A stretch of 64,000 nucleotides of DNA from NCBI GenBank assembly GCA_030141605.1, contig JAQGDQ010000033.1, positions 496,001-560,000 of the forward strand, given 5' to 3'. The notes beneath the pieces are model-generated. The model made no database searches, was not told where the DNA came from, and saw nothing but the letters and a program-made list of their open reading frames with translations. This DNA comes from Tubiluchus corallicola (lineage: Eukaryota > Animalia > Priapulida). Both the position numbers and the translations under genes were made by a program. Below are positions 28,201 through 43,200 of the stretch, one piece after another. Every line of letters starts with the position of its first letter. The stretch's first letter is position 1.

Positions 28201-31200
28201 TAGTTGGCTCAAACACAACTTTTTGGCAGAGAAAGATACTCAGTAAAAGTGTTATAATGTTTTGGGTATCTGCTAATGCTGGCGGTTTCGGAATGGACAA
28301 ACCTTCGAGTGGAATGGAAAAATGCCCTTGTGTTTTTGACATTAATGGAGGTATAGCACAGTCTTGTCATTGTCGCAACCAGGTCTTTTAATACATGTGT
28401 TATTAGTCATACTTTTCATTGAAATGAAGGATAAATTCCTGAATCCTTTCTACCATTTTTGTTGAATTTACAGTAGTCTTAAATCTACTCCTTTACCTTG
28501 ATTATAAGCAAAATCAGCTGCTGTAGTAGAGTCATATATTTTTGCAATTTTACAGTTCCAGCTGTGGCACCCATGATGTTAAATGAGAGTGATGCAACTT
28601 CAACCAGCTTGACGATACACTGGATAAAGATAGAAAACTGTAAGGATGCTGGGGGAAAAATTGAAGGCTATTATGTCTATTACTGCAAAGTCGATGATGG
28701 CTGCAATGGTAAAGCTTTATTTTATGTTCTAAAGCTTTAAATGTGAAACTAGCATAACATTTTTTCACTGCGATGAAAGCTACAGTTACATTTCTACGTT
28801 AGGTAGTTATTAATATATTAGCAGTTTTCTATACAGAATATGTTAAACTGAATTTTGTTTAATTTTCAGAACTGGATATGCCAACCTGGCACAATCTAAG
28901 TGTTCCTCACATAAATACATTATCTGCTACAATAAAAAACTTGGACAAAAGCAGTTTGTATAGATTTTATGTGCTGGCATATACACGCGAAGGAGTCGGA
29001 AACGTAATACCTGAACCCATGACAAGAGCTACAAGAGCATCAAGTTAGTAGCATTTATGTAAACTATTATCATTGGAACAATCTGAGTGAATTATTCCTC
29101 GAAGAAATGAATTGAGCATTTGAAGTACCGTAGTTTAATGTAATTGTTTTTAAAAAGTCCTAATAATTATTAGTTAGTTGGTACTAGTCTATGATAAAAT
29201 TTAACAACTGGAGGACTTCTGTAACATATTTTGTAGAAAATAGTTAATAAAAAAATTCACTTTTAAAGATACAGCAAAAATCATTAGTGACAAGTTAAGT
29301 TCTGTTTTTTTTGCTTTAAAACTTGCTGTCATTTATTCTGTTTTAAGTTCATTGCAGCATGCACTGTACTGATTTACTTTGCTGTTTACAAAAAGATGCT
29401 TTATAAGTTAGCTTTATTTAAAATCTAAATCTGTGGTTGAAAACAATTTTAACAAAATGATCATTTTGAGAGAGGGCAACAAACGGTCAGCCTATAAACC
29501 TTAACAGCACAAAGAAATATTATAATGAGAGAAATCGTCTAATACGTGGCTGCTCATTTTGAATTACAGTCTTTGTCTTCAATAATTATTTTATATCCTT
29601 TCAGGTTATTATTATTACCGGAAAATTATATTTAAGAGAGGCTGATGTGTTTATGATATTGTGCAGTGATTTTTGGCGGCTTGCTTCACGTGAAATTTGT
29701 TTAAGGAAACTGAAATTCTTGTCTTGTGCACACTTTCCACTTATATGTACTTTTCCAAAATGTGTGAGATTCTAATTGGATTGATCAAGACCTTCAGCTT
29801 TAGTTGTGTTGATAATCTTCCTTTGACTGCATTTGAATCCTCAGATAAGAATCCTGGCACCTGCGTACATACGTGATTATTTTTTGCAATGCCGTTGTTA
29901 ATCTGGAGCCTGCAGTATTTTCTAACAAATAGCCCGATCTAAATCTCCATTTGATATTGATCTTTTCTGAGATTTCTAGTTGCACAGGAAAAGGCTCATT
30001 ATCTGAAGCCAGCTCACTTTAAGGTGTAGTAAGATGGTGTAGCAGAAACTGAGAATTGTCATATAGATTTCTGAAATGTTTTACTCACGAAGATACATCA
30101 CTAGGGTTTATAATTTGTAATGTAAATGGTTGGAAAATACAAATGTTAATATTCATTTGATTTACAGGTATACTTGGCATTTTCTTAAATGTCATGACCT
30201 TCACTAAGAAAAACATCTAATGGTTTACGTACCATATCTTTAGTCACCGTGTTTGCAAACATTCTCTCCATAAGTCTGACTCAGCTTAAATAAGCAAGCA
30301 TGAGAATTTATTTATTAGTGATTTTCAAATCACAAGACACACATTAGTGGTCTTGTACTTTTTGGATTTTCTTTTGTAATTCTTAGAACATTTGTAAAAA
30401 TGCTATTTTAATAATGAGCTTGTCTTCGTAATTTGTAGCTTTTTTGAAAATGCCTACTTAATCACCAGAATTTAGCACGTTTAACCCTTTCACTACAGAA
30501 AGCGGCACACTGCCTTCTACTTTTTTTCTTGTAATGAACGGAAGGCGGCAGACTGTCGTCCGAGCTCAACACTAAGCGCAGTTACCCAGGTGTGTTTATT
30601 TTACTGCTACAGCCATGCAAAAACATAGAAAACTTTAACAGCCGTGGGATTTTAGTTACTTCGCAACAGGTAATGCTAACCAGCCAATCAGCAACTGAAG
30701 CCAGGTGCATTCCATAATACTGTACTGTATAGTATGTTCTCATGCAAAATTGCTTGTTGATAGTTGGTGAAATGTATGTTTAGTTAATTGTTCTGCATTC
30801 TTATAAAATAATTGCATATTATTGATTAGTAATATGACTTTTGTGAAAATTGGCTTCTAAATATATGTATATGCTTATTTGTGTGTGGGTGTGCACCTGC
30901 GTGCGTGCAGGAGTGCATGTATGTGTGCGCGGATGTGTGTGCATGTGCACAAATAAAACTAATATTCAATATTAGTGTTTACTAACAGATGACTATTTGT
31001 TTATGTATAAGATTCTGTTGTAGTAACACACCAAGAGAAGTTATTGTCAAATATGCAAATCATATCGGCCCTGTCAAAAAGCAATTATGTAGTGAAAGGG
31101 TTAATGAATATTATCTTTTTAAGCTAATCATATTTATATGGCATCTTTACATTTTTTTGTTTTAGTTCCAGATGGGCCGCCTGAGAATGTGACTGTTACT

Positions 31201-34200
31201 GATGTATCTGTTAATTCACTAACTGTAAGGTTTAGCGAACCTATGTATCCCAATGGAGCTATTCTCAAGTACATAGTACAAGCTTTGTATGAAGATGACC
31301 TCGTACCAGCACGCAGTCACAATCGGTCGGAAGACGTTCCTGCAAACGAATTAAGCGATGACGGCCAAGGTGCTATGACTTATAGACTATATCAGTTATA
31401 CGGACACTGCCTGTATGAAGTTCTGGTGTTTGCCTGCACAGAGGCGGGTTGCTCTGTTCCCTGCCAGCCAATACCAACAATGACTCTCATTGGAGGTACG
31501 TTACTAGATTGTTGGTGATTTTCTCGAATGTTGGCCAGCTCATTATGCATGTTGGTGAAAGATTCATTGGATTTTAGAATTAGTAGTATAGTTACCAACG
31601 TTTGTAAATAGTAACATTCAATTATGTGTCTTGTCACAGCCAAGTTTACTGTTTTGTTGGTTTCTTCTTAATTTCTATACAAGAATGAATCTGATTTCAC
31701 TGACTTTAAGACTTCACTTAACTTAAAGATTTACTTTCAATTCTATTTTTTCATAAATGGGAAACTAAAGATTGTGTTGTCATTCTTATTTTTTGTTTTA
31801 AACGTGTGTTTTTGTTTTTCTCTTTAGCTCCACCTCAAATGGAGCCGCCAGAGGTGAAAATAAGCAGCTTGAAAACTGCTAATGTGGATTTGCAACCATT
31901 ACTGCACTACAATGGACCACTCGTTCACTATCGTCTTAATATTTCTTATGGAGATGGCAAAAGCAGTCATGTTAGGCAGATGACCATACCTAAAGATGAT
32001 GCTTCGGATATTATTGTTGAAGTTAATTGCACAAGTGACCAATCACTATATAACGTAAGTACCCCATATGTATTCTCCTTTTAATGACACTTGACTTGCA
32101 GTGTATAAAATTTAGACTGTGTATTTTACCTCCTAAACCTTGTCAGTGATGCTTACATGTCACATTTCCTTTTCTCTGCAAGGGTGTGCTTATATCTTTC
32201 CAAGGCATTCAAGCATTTTCAGAAATCTATCTTTTGCGGGACCTGCTTTTGCAGTTTATCGTGAAAATTGAGTGCGTGGGTTCATGATACTACACATCGC
32301 GGGAATCCCTGGGCCTCCTGAGAAACCAAATGATCTACTATACCCTCTGCTTAATGGCCATCTGACCATTATCAGCTCACTCCCCCACGTATTCTTCATC
32401 TCTCAAACTAAGCAGTATAAAAAGTCAAGTGTGAAAAACCATAAGGTGTTTTTTGTCACCTGTTACTTCAAATGCTCTGATTTGAGAAGTAAATCATCAA
32501 TGAGAAGATACTAGATCAAGACATTTCATTCGATATATAAATTGCCGAGAATGCCTGCATTGAAACTGCAGAATAAAATATGCACTTGAACTGACTATGC
32601 TTATAGAATGAACATTACCTTTGAAATGACTTTAAATAACCTTGAAAAAATGTCCACCAAATTTTTTATAAACATTATGCCATAGGCTCTTAGGCATAAA
32701 CGATATAATAAATTAGTACCCGGTGCCAGACTTGAAAGTTTTTAATACATTTGCCCTGTACTTCTATATGGAATTTAGAAGTACAGGTTTAAGACTGGGC
32801 TGGAAGGAAGTTTTTTGAGCTTTTTTGTTTGAAGTGCATGAACAGTTTAGGTTTCATATGGTTACAAATTATTGCTGCAAGAAGTGGAATGCAAACGATA
32901 TAATTTTTTCCGTTTTAGTTCACTGTATCAGCTGTTACCATTGACAACAACACAAACCCCACAAAACTGCATGTAGGATATCCGAGTGAAACATCCACAG
33001 TTGAACTCTGTGTACCAGGTTGGAAGCCTTTTGTTATTAACATTAATTAGTTGCACTAAATCTTATCTTATATAATTAAACAGTATTTTTCTAATCAGAT
33101 ACAACACCTTTCAGAAAGAACATATATATATATATATATATTTAGCCTAATTGTACTTTATTTACATTATTTCACATTCTATTACTATGTTTTTAATGCT
33201 TCATTATTTCACCGTATTTAATGATTAGTCTTGCATGTGGTTTATATTTCATTTCTATTTTATTCTAGTGTGAGTGTGTGTTTTTTCTTTGTAAATTAGT
33301 GATGTAAATGTACACCAAGCACAAAAAGCCTTTATTGTTACTTGTGTATTATAATGACAAAATTATTGTTTTGTATTTTAATCATGCCATTATTGTTAGT
33401 TTTGATAGTGTTGTTACGTATATTCTTGTCTTATTATATGTACTTGCTAAACTAAACTGTTATCGGCTGTGCATTATTACAGCTCGTCGAAGTAGGATTC
33501 AAACTAACTTGAACAGTGGCTTACACATTTAGATCAATTTCTAAAAGCTAGTAATTTTACATAGGTGAGCTTACAATCTTGTTATAACTTGCTTTAAAAA
33601 AATTAGTTGGAAAGTTTGTGGCTGTTTTTATATATTTGAGTTTCGATGGAATTTAAAGAATTATTGAAGCTGCCGGGCAAGCAAAACAAGTAAGCTACTA
33701 ATTATATCATTATCAGTTATGCAACAACATTGCGTAAATTATTACCAGCTTTATAGCTGACAAGACAGCTGAAGCAGAGTGTTAATGTCCCCTCACCTAG
33801 GGTAAAAAGTTGCTGCACTTTCAGCCAATTTATTGCTTGCTTTCTTAACATGCCGTGCTAATTTAATGATGACGAAAAGCGCACCTCTTGCAATGATTGT
33901 CAGTCAATATTGCACTTGAGGAAACTACGTTGCATGATCTTATAAAATTTTAATAAGTTATGTAATATCTAACTTTCAGTATCATAAAAAGCTACTAATG
34001 TATAATCATAACAAAAAATACTAACTGTTCACATAATAACACTTGGTGACAGGTCTTCTTAATAATATAATCTCCCATTATTTTTATAATTAAATTAAAC
34101 TTGTACAATTTCTTGATTTTTAAATAAAGCTTTATTAGTTTATTTAAAAAACATATTTTAAGCAAATTTTGAAGTGAAGTCTTATTAAGGTGGTGTATTT

Positions 34201-37200
34201 AACAGCCAAGGCTCACTGGTATTGCTTAATTAATTTGCTTTGTGCAATGCTCCAATGTGTTGTTGCTGTTGTTTTCTTCAGCAGAGTGCTGTTACAGAAA
34301 AACCACATTGCTTTCAGAAAACTTCACATTTAATACAAAACTGTTCTAACATACTGGTACTGTATTATGAAATTGTGTAGGCCTAATTAATTAATTTCAT
34401 AAAAATAGCAATGAGCTACTTTCACTTTTTGATGTGTGCAGAAGCAGGCCAAGTTATCAAAGGGATCAATAATGCATACCACCTGAACATGCTGTAACCC
34501 AAACTACTAAAATTTTTATGTTATAAAACATAAGTTATATAAAACTTGTCAGTGTTTACAAAGCAGGATGGATTCAATCATTCATTATATTGTTGGTTGC
34601 AGTTTCCTGTTTCATGTGATATTACAGCGTTAATATTGCAAAATTGTGCGATTGCATGTATTACATTAGAGTTTTTACTGAAAGGTCAGGTAATTCTTTC
34701 GTTGCAAGATCATTAATTTTATTACACTGTTTTTCAGTTATAGAATTTTGCATCAAATTTTTTGTTAAATTACTTGTAAATGTTTCAATATTTAGAGTTT
34801 ATTACATTTAACAGTTGTAACAAGGACTTGTATCACTATCTAACAAATGTGAATAGCACTCAATTACATTTGTTCATGTTGTGTGTTTCACTAGTCATAA
34901 CTGGGTATTTACTGTTTACTATACCATTATATAAGTTTAAACTATTTGCTTCAAGCTGGTGCGACTTGTTGTATGTGCATTGCCGCCGCAAAAGTCATAA
35001 ACAGTGACGAAAAGTAATGATCGGGTGACCCTAAGGCATATTCCTTTCTTATTACCATGCACCAATGACAGTGCATCATCCTAGTATACAAGTTTATGTG
35101 AAACAAAACAAAGTCATTGGTTATACAGGGTTCGAATTGCATTTACTCTTAAAATGGCAAAATTGCATTTGTTGAATCCTGAATATATTGGTAATTGATG
35201 ATGGCAGAAATTCAGTATTAGCTGACATCGTATTGGAGAACTCATTAGTACCATAATTTTGCATTATCGTATTTCACACATTGAAGGCAAATATAATCAT
35301 TAAGTTTTATAATTATCCACTGTGCAACCAGAAATTTCTAATTGGTTTTTGCATGTTGGAAAAAATTGCAATATAACTGCATTGTAATCAGTAATGACCC
35401 TTCATATTGGTTTTTTCGTGGTTTTTACATGAAAGGGACTAAGAGCAGGTGTGTCAGGTATTACCATCATTTAGCAAAATAAATCATAACTTGGTGAGTC
35501 ACATAAAGTCTTGTGTGTTTATGGACATGGAGGTTGAATGGACTATAATTCACTGTATGGATTTAATGTCTGTAGTAAAACACTTCATGATACCTTGTTG
35601 CAAACTATAATTGCAGTGCAGCATTGCAGCATGAATAATTATTGTAGATGTGTCATTACTTTACCCACATCTTACCCAGTTAAGTAGAAACAAATTCTGT
35701 GAGCAAATTGTAAGAAAGTTTTTTGCTGTTTTAAGTACATTAATTTACATTTTATTAATTATTCTTGAGTGAAAGACATCGATTCGATCTTGTTGTACAT
35801 GTATATTTGTTGCTAAATTAAGGCCATCAATTCATAGGTGTATAATTTTTACTAATTTTAAAATTAGATTATTAACAAAAATAAGTTGTTAGTCTTTGGT
35901 TTTGTACTAATTTTTTTTAACTTTACAAACAAAATTTTCATGCTGTGTAGTTTGGTTAGGACTCGTTGCTAAATGTTTACTGTTTACTTACAACAAGCAT
36001 AAGTGTTAATGATGAGTTTACATATATTTACTGTGACAGTCTGTTACGAACATTTTTGCTCAACAACAATTTGTTTTGTTATCATTGTAATTTCTAGCAG
36101 CCATTTTTAATCGAGATACTTATTTAATATTCACATTCTTATTGCTGCATATTCAACATTCACCAATTAATTTTTGTATTACATTTTATATTTAAACTAA
36201 TTTTAATTAGGCTCATTGATTTTGTACGTTATGTATTTGATCGGCAACATTGCTGTAACATTTTTGACCATTGGCGCCAGTTATTTGAATTTCTTCCTTA
36301 ATTTTTCCTCTCTAACAAACCTATGCCTTTCGGACAAGTAGGAGTGCAGATGGGGTATAATTTTATCTGGCAAAATTGTTTGATCTATATTATAAAATTT
36401 GCTACATTGTCAACAGATTTTTTTAAAATTTTTGTTTTAATTACATCTTGTGCTGTTATGTAACTTCAGCTTGCACTTGTAGATTTTGCACTGCATATTT
36501 GTGGTCTAGTCAAACAATGAATTTTAACAAGTGTTGTACTGGCTCATCCAGTTTCAGAAAAACTGTTTCAAGTTTACATAACATGTGTCACGTATTTTGT
36601 AAACTCCACTATGTGAAAAGTGAAAGTCAAGCAGACACTCGTCCATCTTGATGTCTGGTAGGTGGAAAGTGACATAAAACCTCTTCCAAGTTAAAAATTG
36701 TTTATAGTCTAAAATTAAATAAACAACTGCGATTTACAGTTTTATTCAGCTGTTACTGTTTTGTTGTGGCTTTCAGAGTGGCGCAGTAAATACCCTCTCA
36801 AGTTCACCAAGTAAGCAACAAGGTCTTTATGCTAAATAGAAACAGATTATCTGGGCTGGTATGTAATGTCAAGAAATAAACAATTGCTCCTAGAAAAATA
36901 CACAATTCTAAGGAGACACATATACGTTTACAACAAAATATGGCTTGGCAACGGAGCCATTCATTTATGACTGTGGGATTTCTTTGCACATACACTAATG
37001 CACACATGATGGAATATGGGGCTTTGTGTGGGGGAAACTGCGACACTCTGAATGGCCTTGACCTTTGACCTGACCAAGCACCACTTCTTCCAAGAAAGGT
37101 GTCTGCTTAATTTCCACTTATTCTGTAAAACTGAATCCCAAACACTTCTGTGTTCTTGGAACTAGGCCTATGAGCTTAGCCAGAATCGGCAGCCTGCGGC

Positions 37201-40200
37201 TGGTCGCTTATCCCTCAATTTATGAGATAGTGAAAGGATGTGTAAATAAGTTCTACAATATGTAAACATGCCACTGTGTGCATAAACTACCATTTCATTT
37301 GAGAAGATAATTTTTTAAACAATTTTTAATATTTTGTAATGTATTTTAATGCATAATTTACTGCTTAAATCCACATGAACTTCTAAATAGCCTAAATATT
37401 GAGCGTAGCTAATTAATTTGTCCATATACTTGTTACTGAACATGTGCATGTGTTTTGAGTGGTTAAAACTGTCTAGTTATTTTCAGTTTTTAGTTAAGAA
37501 GTTCTGTTAATTACCATTTAATTGGGTTTATTAATAGAATTCATTTAAATCATGTTTTTGGAGGTGAAAAACCAGAACAATAAGATGACAATAGATTTTT
37601 TTCTGTAAAAGTGACAAAATCTTTGTTGTTAGTGTTTTCCTTTGTCCTTGAAGTGTTGTCTTATTGTATGCAATGTCTTGCAATTATTGTTAAACTTTCT
37701 CATATTATAAATAGTAATAGTTGCTTGCCAGTTTTATTTTTCATGTTCTTGTAACTATTGGGCAGATATCTTTAGAATTTTGACCACTAATTGTATCTTT
37801 TAATTGATGTTTGAAACAAACAATAGTGAATAATCACATCATTCTATTTCAGTTCCTGGAAATCTTGCATTGTTACTGAGTATGATCTTCCTGGGAATCC
37901 TGCTGCTGGTAGCAGTCATAACACTTATCGTTATATAGTAAGTATATATTTATTTTTGCATGTTTTTAACAAAGCTCTTATTACTAGTGTTTTACGTCTT
38001 ACTATCTTTTAGCTTTTGGACTAGGGCTACTGACATGTTGGGATACTATGTTGGCATGTTACGCCAATAGATGATGTGATGACAAAAATCCTATTTCAAA
38101 AATTTAGTTGTGTACAATTGTTCTGAGCAAAACAATTACATGTAAACAATAGACATAATACAGTTTTATAAACATTCATTGAACATTGAAAAGACAAAAA
38201 GACTAAGCCCCCTATTTACGGTTGCTAAGACAAATAGACTGTGTTAACCATAGGTTACTACAAGCGGTTCTTTAATGAACACAACAAATAATTAGTGTAT
38301 ACACAAGTCAAAGCTGTTTGAGCCTGTACAGGTGGTCATAGGTTTCTAGCTCATTATCAAGGATGCAAGTAAGTAGAAATATTGACCTTGCAGAGATCCT
38401 GGTTTATTCCCAGAGCACACTTCATCATAAGAAACAGCTAATGGACCATAGCAGACACGTGACTGCTAGAAGTTCTAGTAGTCGTGCATTCTTTTAGTAA
38501 CCAGACCCAGCAATGTTTAAGTTTGGTTGTGCTGAACACACGCTATACTCATGACCACTCAGTTATATCAGCTGCCTCTAACTTGCATAAGTAATTACAT
38601 GTATAAGCTAACATATATTTTAATAGAAACATTTTTTCACTATTGATGATTTACTGCTAAATTTTATGTTAGCACACTGCAATCATCTTTATTGTGTTAA
38701 TTATTGCTCTGCGGTTACTATTCATGTTCTGCAGTTGCTATAGCGACAGGGCTGATGTAAACAACAGACAGATTTGGGTCTGTGTCGCCATCAGTCTAGT
38801 TTTAACAGCCGCTTTTATAGCTGATAGTCTTCGAGCGTAACGCATGCATGCTGATCGTCTGCCGCTGCTGATTTAGTAAATTATTGTCAGCTGATAAAAC
38901 CAAACTGGAAATTTAGCATTGTCAGAAGTAATGTGTCTGTGTTCATTTGTAAATTAATTAAATATTTGGATTAAAATCTTGTATGCTGCACTCTTACGCG
39001 TTTCATTGTTTGAAACGTTTATTTATTACTTTTTCATAGTAATTTAAAATTTATCTTGATAAGATCAATATTGCAGTTGTTGAAGCTAAGCATTTTTTTC
39101 AAATTCACCATTGCTATTCATTGTTCCACTATGTGGAGATATATTTTTTATGAGTTTAAAGTTGTCACAAAACCCAAATCCTTGACATAGCTAACGTTAT
39201 GTCATTTGTAGGTTATGTGGGCTTCGCTGAAAACTGATTTCCTAAACTGATACAGTGTCAGGTGAAGAACTGTAAAAAATGAATAAAAAGTATATGGCGA
39301 TTGTTACCAAGTTGTGAGAACTTACTGATGCTCTAAATTCTTTGTGTACATGTGGTAATCAATAAGCAGAGTGTGCCGTCTTCCACAGTAGAAAAATTGA
39401 AACTGAAATGCCAAAGACTGCAAAAATGGTGCCTGCTGCATGTGTGTGCAAGAAAGGGGCAAAGGGTGATGGACTCATTTCAGTGAGGCATACAATGAAA
39501 GAGTAAAATTAAAATTAAGTTTTTGAAATTTGAAATTATAGTTCTTAAGTTTTTTGTACAAACTGCCATAAAGTCCCACAAATTGGTGTGCATGGGGATC
39601 TGTGTTTTAACAAAATAAACTAGAGCACTGAACATGTTTCATGTAAATTCTGTGCCCAATGTTGTCTGTGTGAAATTGTGAGTGAATTATGAAATGGGGA
39701 TATTATTTGAAGGCATACAGTACATTTGTGGAGGGAGTCTTGCGTCACCAAACCATTGCACCCCTCACTGACTCTGCTGCGAGTTCTCCACATTGCTTAA
39801 TGCTAATGGAAGATGTAGTTTTGAATCTACTGAACCTAACTGAAAGTTACTCTTACCTCATTCACATGGACTCGCCTTCGATGATTAAATGCTAACCACA
39901 GATCACGTATCCTTAGTGGACATTGTGTCTTGTCAGCCACCAGTGTAGCTTAAAATTGTGCATATCCAGCCACTCCCGAGTTACAAATGATCCACTTGTC
40001 TATAGTTGTCTCTGTGTTGATATTAGACATTCTCAATGCTATTGCGTAAGTAGCCAGATGCCTCATAATGCTGTCGACACTAACAACATAAATTTCAGTG
40101 CCTAATATCCTCATCGACGTTGTAAATTCTGTCAGTGAATTAAAATTTTCTATTAAAACGCCTGTGACGACTGACGACCCGTCGAAGACAAGTTCTGCAA

Positions 40201-43200
40201 AGAATCTGCATGTCTCCAGGAGGAAAATAAATGACAAGCTTCTAAAGTGCAACAAATTGTTTACCATCACATTTTTGAAAATTTCAATATAAGCTCCATA
40301 CTGGAGTTTTTATCAAATGCAATTGCTAATAAACTTATAACAGCTTATAACTTGAAACACTATACCACTGATAGATGGTCTTTAATGTGGTTATGCATTT
40401 GTTCTTGAGTCAAACGTGTCATTTTTGTCAGTTCACCTGCTTATTTGTTGGGGTAAAACATTTTTGTCTTGGAAAAGACCTAGCCAGTTTGTGTCATGTC
40501 GTGCATAGTTCTGCTTAACAATTTCATTACATTGCAAATCGTGTATTTGAAAGTTAAAAATTCAATGCTAGAGATTCATCACGAACAAAAATCTTATCTT
40601 CCATGTACAAATAGTTTGGGCGGTGAAAACTTCAACGTATTTGTTATCGGCTTATTGTTTTCCTACTTGTTATCTTTTCCACAAGTTTATAAAAACTTTC
40701 GTAGGTATGGATTATAAACTGAATCACCTTGACTATTTATGGTGAATGCTTGGCCGTGAAATTAAGCTGTGGTGGACCAACATAGTAACTAGCTAGAAAC
40801 TGCAGGGCCCTTAAGTGACTGCCGGATACCCTACATCTTATTTGTTGTTGTTTGTTGTTTGTCCTTGGTGTTCGGTGTTGCTTCCTTTTCTGCATTGACG
40901 TAAGTGTAAATCGCTAAATGGCCATTAGTGTAAATATTGTTTGTCAACGAAGCGACAGTAAATAAATGTCGTCCTTGTCTCTTTTCTTTGTTTGCCAGGA
41001 AAAGCACTTCTGGATCGTATCATCCGCCATACTATTTTTTCTAAGTCTGTCGTCGAGGGAAGATGCATATACTTCCACATATGGCTAAGACATCTCTACC
41101 ATTTCATTGCCCAATCTTAGCGAACTATCTTTGATAATGTAGTAAGTTCCACCCTTGTGTTAACTGTCAACATTAGGTTGTAGCCTCTTGTCTCGAGTAA
41201 TCACTAGCTTAGTTTGTGATAACTTGTCAGCAGCCTTTCACAGATTTACAACTATAATGAAATCAAGTGGTGTAGCCTTTAAACTTTCCTGAAGTCACGA
41301 GTGTTTGTACGAAAGTTGGTAAGTCAATCACTTTCAAAGCATGGCCCAGTGATGAATTTGAAATTCTAATCAAATTGATCATTTAGATGGGTAACTTCTA
41401 TTAACAAAATAATCTGCACCATTTGAGTATTTACGAAGTTATCTAATTGCATTCTTGACATCCTAGCCCATTAGCGATTTACGATTTTTTGAACTTCCAA
41501 GCTTGAAGTTTGTTGATCCTTGATATTCTTTGTTGGTCTTGGCGGAAATTACTGATTATCTCCTTGAAGGCAATTTTAGTTTTTTTATGGACTTGTGAGG
41601 CCATCTTCTCTTTTTGACAGACCTACCAATTTCAGATCGATAACTGGTCATAGCGTCACACACACGTTGATACCCGCTGACGCCAATGTATGCAACGCAC
41701 TTTTACAGACGTCGAAAATGACTGCTTTATAAAAAATATGGCCCGCCATAAATTATTTTTCTTTATGGCCTCGCGTATATATAATTCATGGACAGCTTTA
41801 ATTTGCTGGAGAGGAAATACTACCAAATTGTGGCGTTTTGCTCTGACGCTCACATTTTTTTCAACTGGAGAAAATTGAGTCGATGAGAAAATGTGGTGGC
41901 AGGTTGACAGTAATCATTAGAGTAGTTACAGATTTACAGCTATCACAAGCATGCTCTGTGGTGTTCTGTAACATTGTAAAAGAGTTGACCGATGACTGAA
42001 CTCTGCTAAGATGCCATTCATTATTTATTTATTTGTTGATGAAATCTAGATAACTTTAAAATTGTTTAAGATTTTGCTATATCTAAACTATTATTTATCG
42101 ATAAGAAACTGTATTTCATATTTCTTGTCAAATTTGCAGTAATTTAGTTGCATTGATTGTGCTATCATTTTGCTTTCTTACACGTTCTTCCTTTAGTCTT
42201 TTGAGCACAGTTTTCTTTCCGTCAGCCACTAGTACCTCTCTTACTGTGGTTCGTCTGTATTAGTACCATGGGAGCTACAAGTTTTTCACACGAGAATTGT
42301 GTAAAAAGCCGAGCATCCATCTTGTTTTGGAAAATGTTAATTGTCAATTAGGAATTGCCTGTCAGTTCTGCCGTTACTAATGGCACCTCGGCTGTGCTCA
42401 AACCACAAATACTTAAAATGGATTATTCAAGTCTGTCGCCTACTTGCATTGCCAGTTTACAATATATATTGGCGCCATAAATTGACGTTTCTGCGAGTGA
42501 CATTATGTTGTTGCCGTCGTCTACGTCGTGTGCTGCCGTCGGCCCGCTTTCTGCATGATGGCGCTGAGGGGCGATGTAAATTGTCCTTTGCACTTGTCAT
42601 TTGTTATATACGTAACATTTTTGATACATATATAGCCTATGTATTAGACCTTACAGAACCCCACATACTAGAATGTAGAAAACAAAGAGTCATTATTATC
42701 TTTATTTGACATGTCGCATGAATAAAAGTAACTAAATAAAATGAGAACTTTTATCTTGTGTAACTACATTTTAAAATAATAATAATTTTCGATTAGCGCA
42801 GATTTGTTTAAGAGAGAGCTTTGTTACTGATTGTTATCTTGGATTGCAAAGGCTACTAAAATAAAGCTTATAAAAGGCTCAGAACTTTGGGCTAAGCCTT
42901 TTATGAAGTTTGCTAATTCACAAACAAGATGGTGGCAGCTACAAAAGACGTAGTGATGAACGATGATACACCCTCAGCAGGCAGTTGTGATTTTTTTTTT
43001 CAAATTATGTAGAATGTGTAACTAATTTTTCTGCCGTTTAATAAGATGATATCTTTAGATGGTACCTTCCTAGCAGTCTTCAATTTTTTAAGTAATGATG
43101 CTTTACTCACAACGTTATTAGTGCAGCAATATAAGTGATTTCAGATTTATGAAAAATGAAATAAACCAACAACTATTGAAATTTTGAACGACCGAAAAGA

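Noticed and set aside
37056-37161. Pair of STAT5-type sites (TTCCAAGAA, TTCTTGGAA) and TGACCT direct repeats
   Set aside because: They sit beside a CCTTGACCTTTGACC motif typical of dispersed invertebrate repeats, and generic TTCnnnGAA is expected many times by chance in 64 kb of AT-rich DNA
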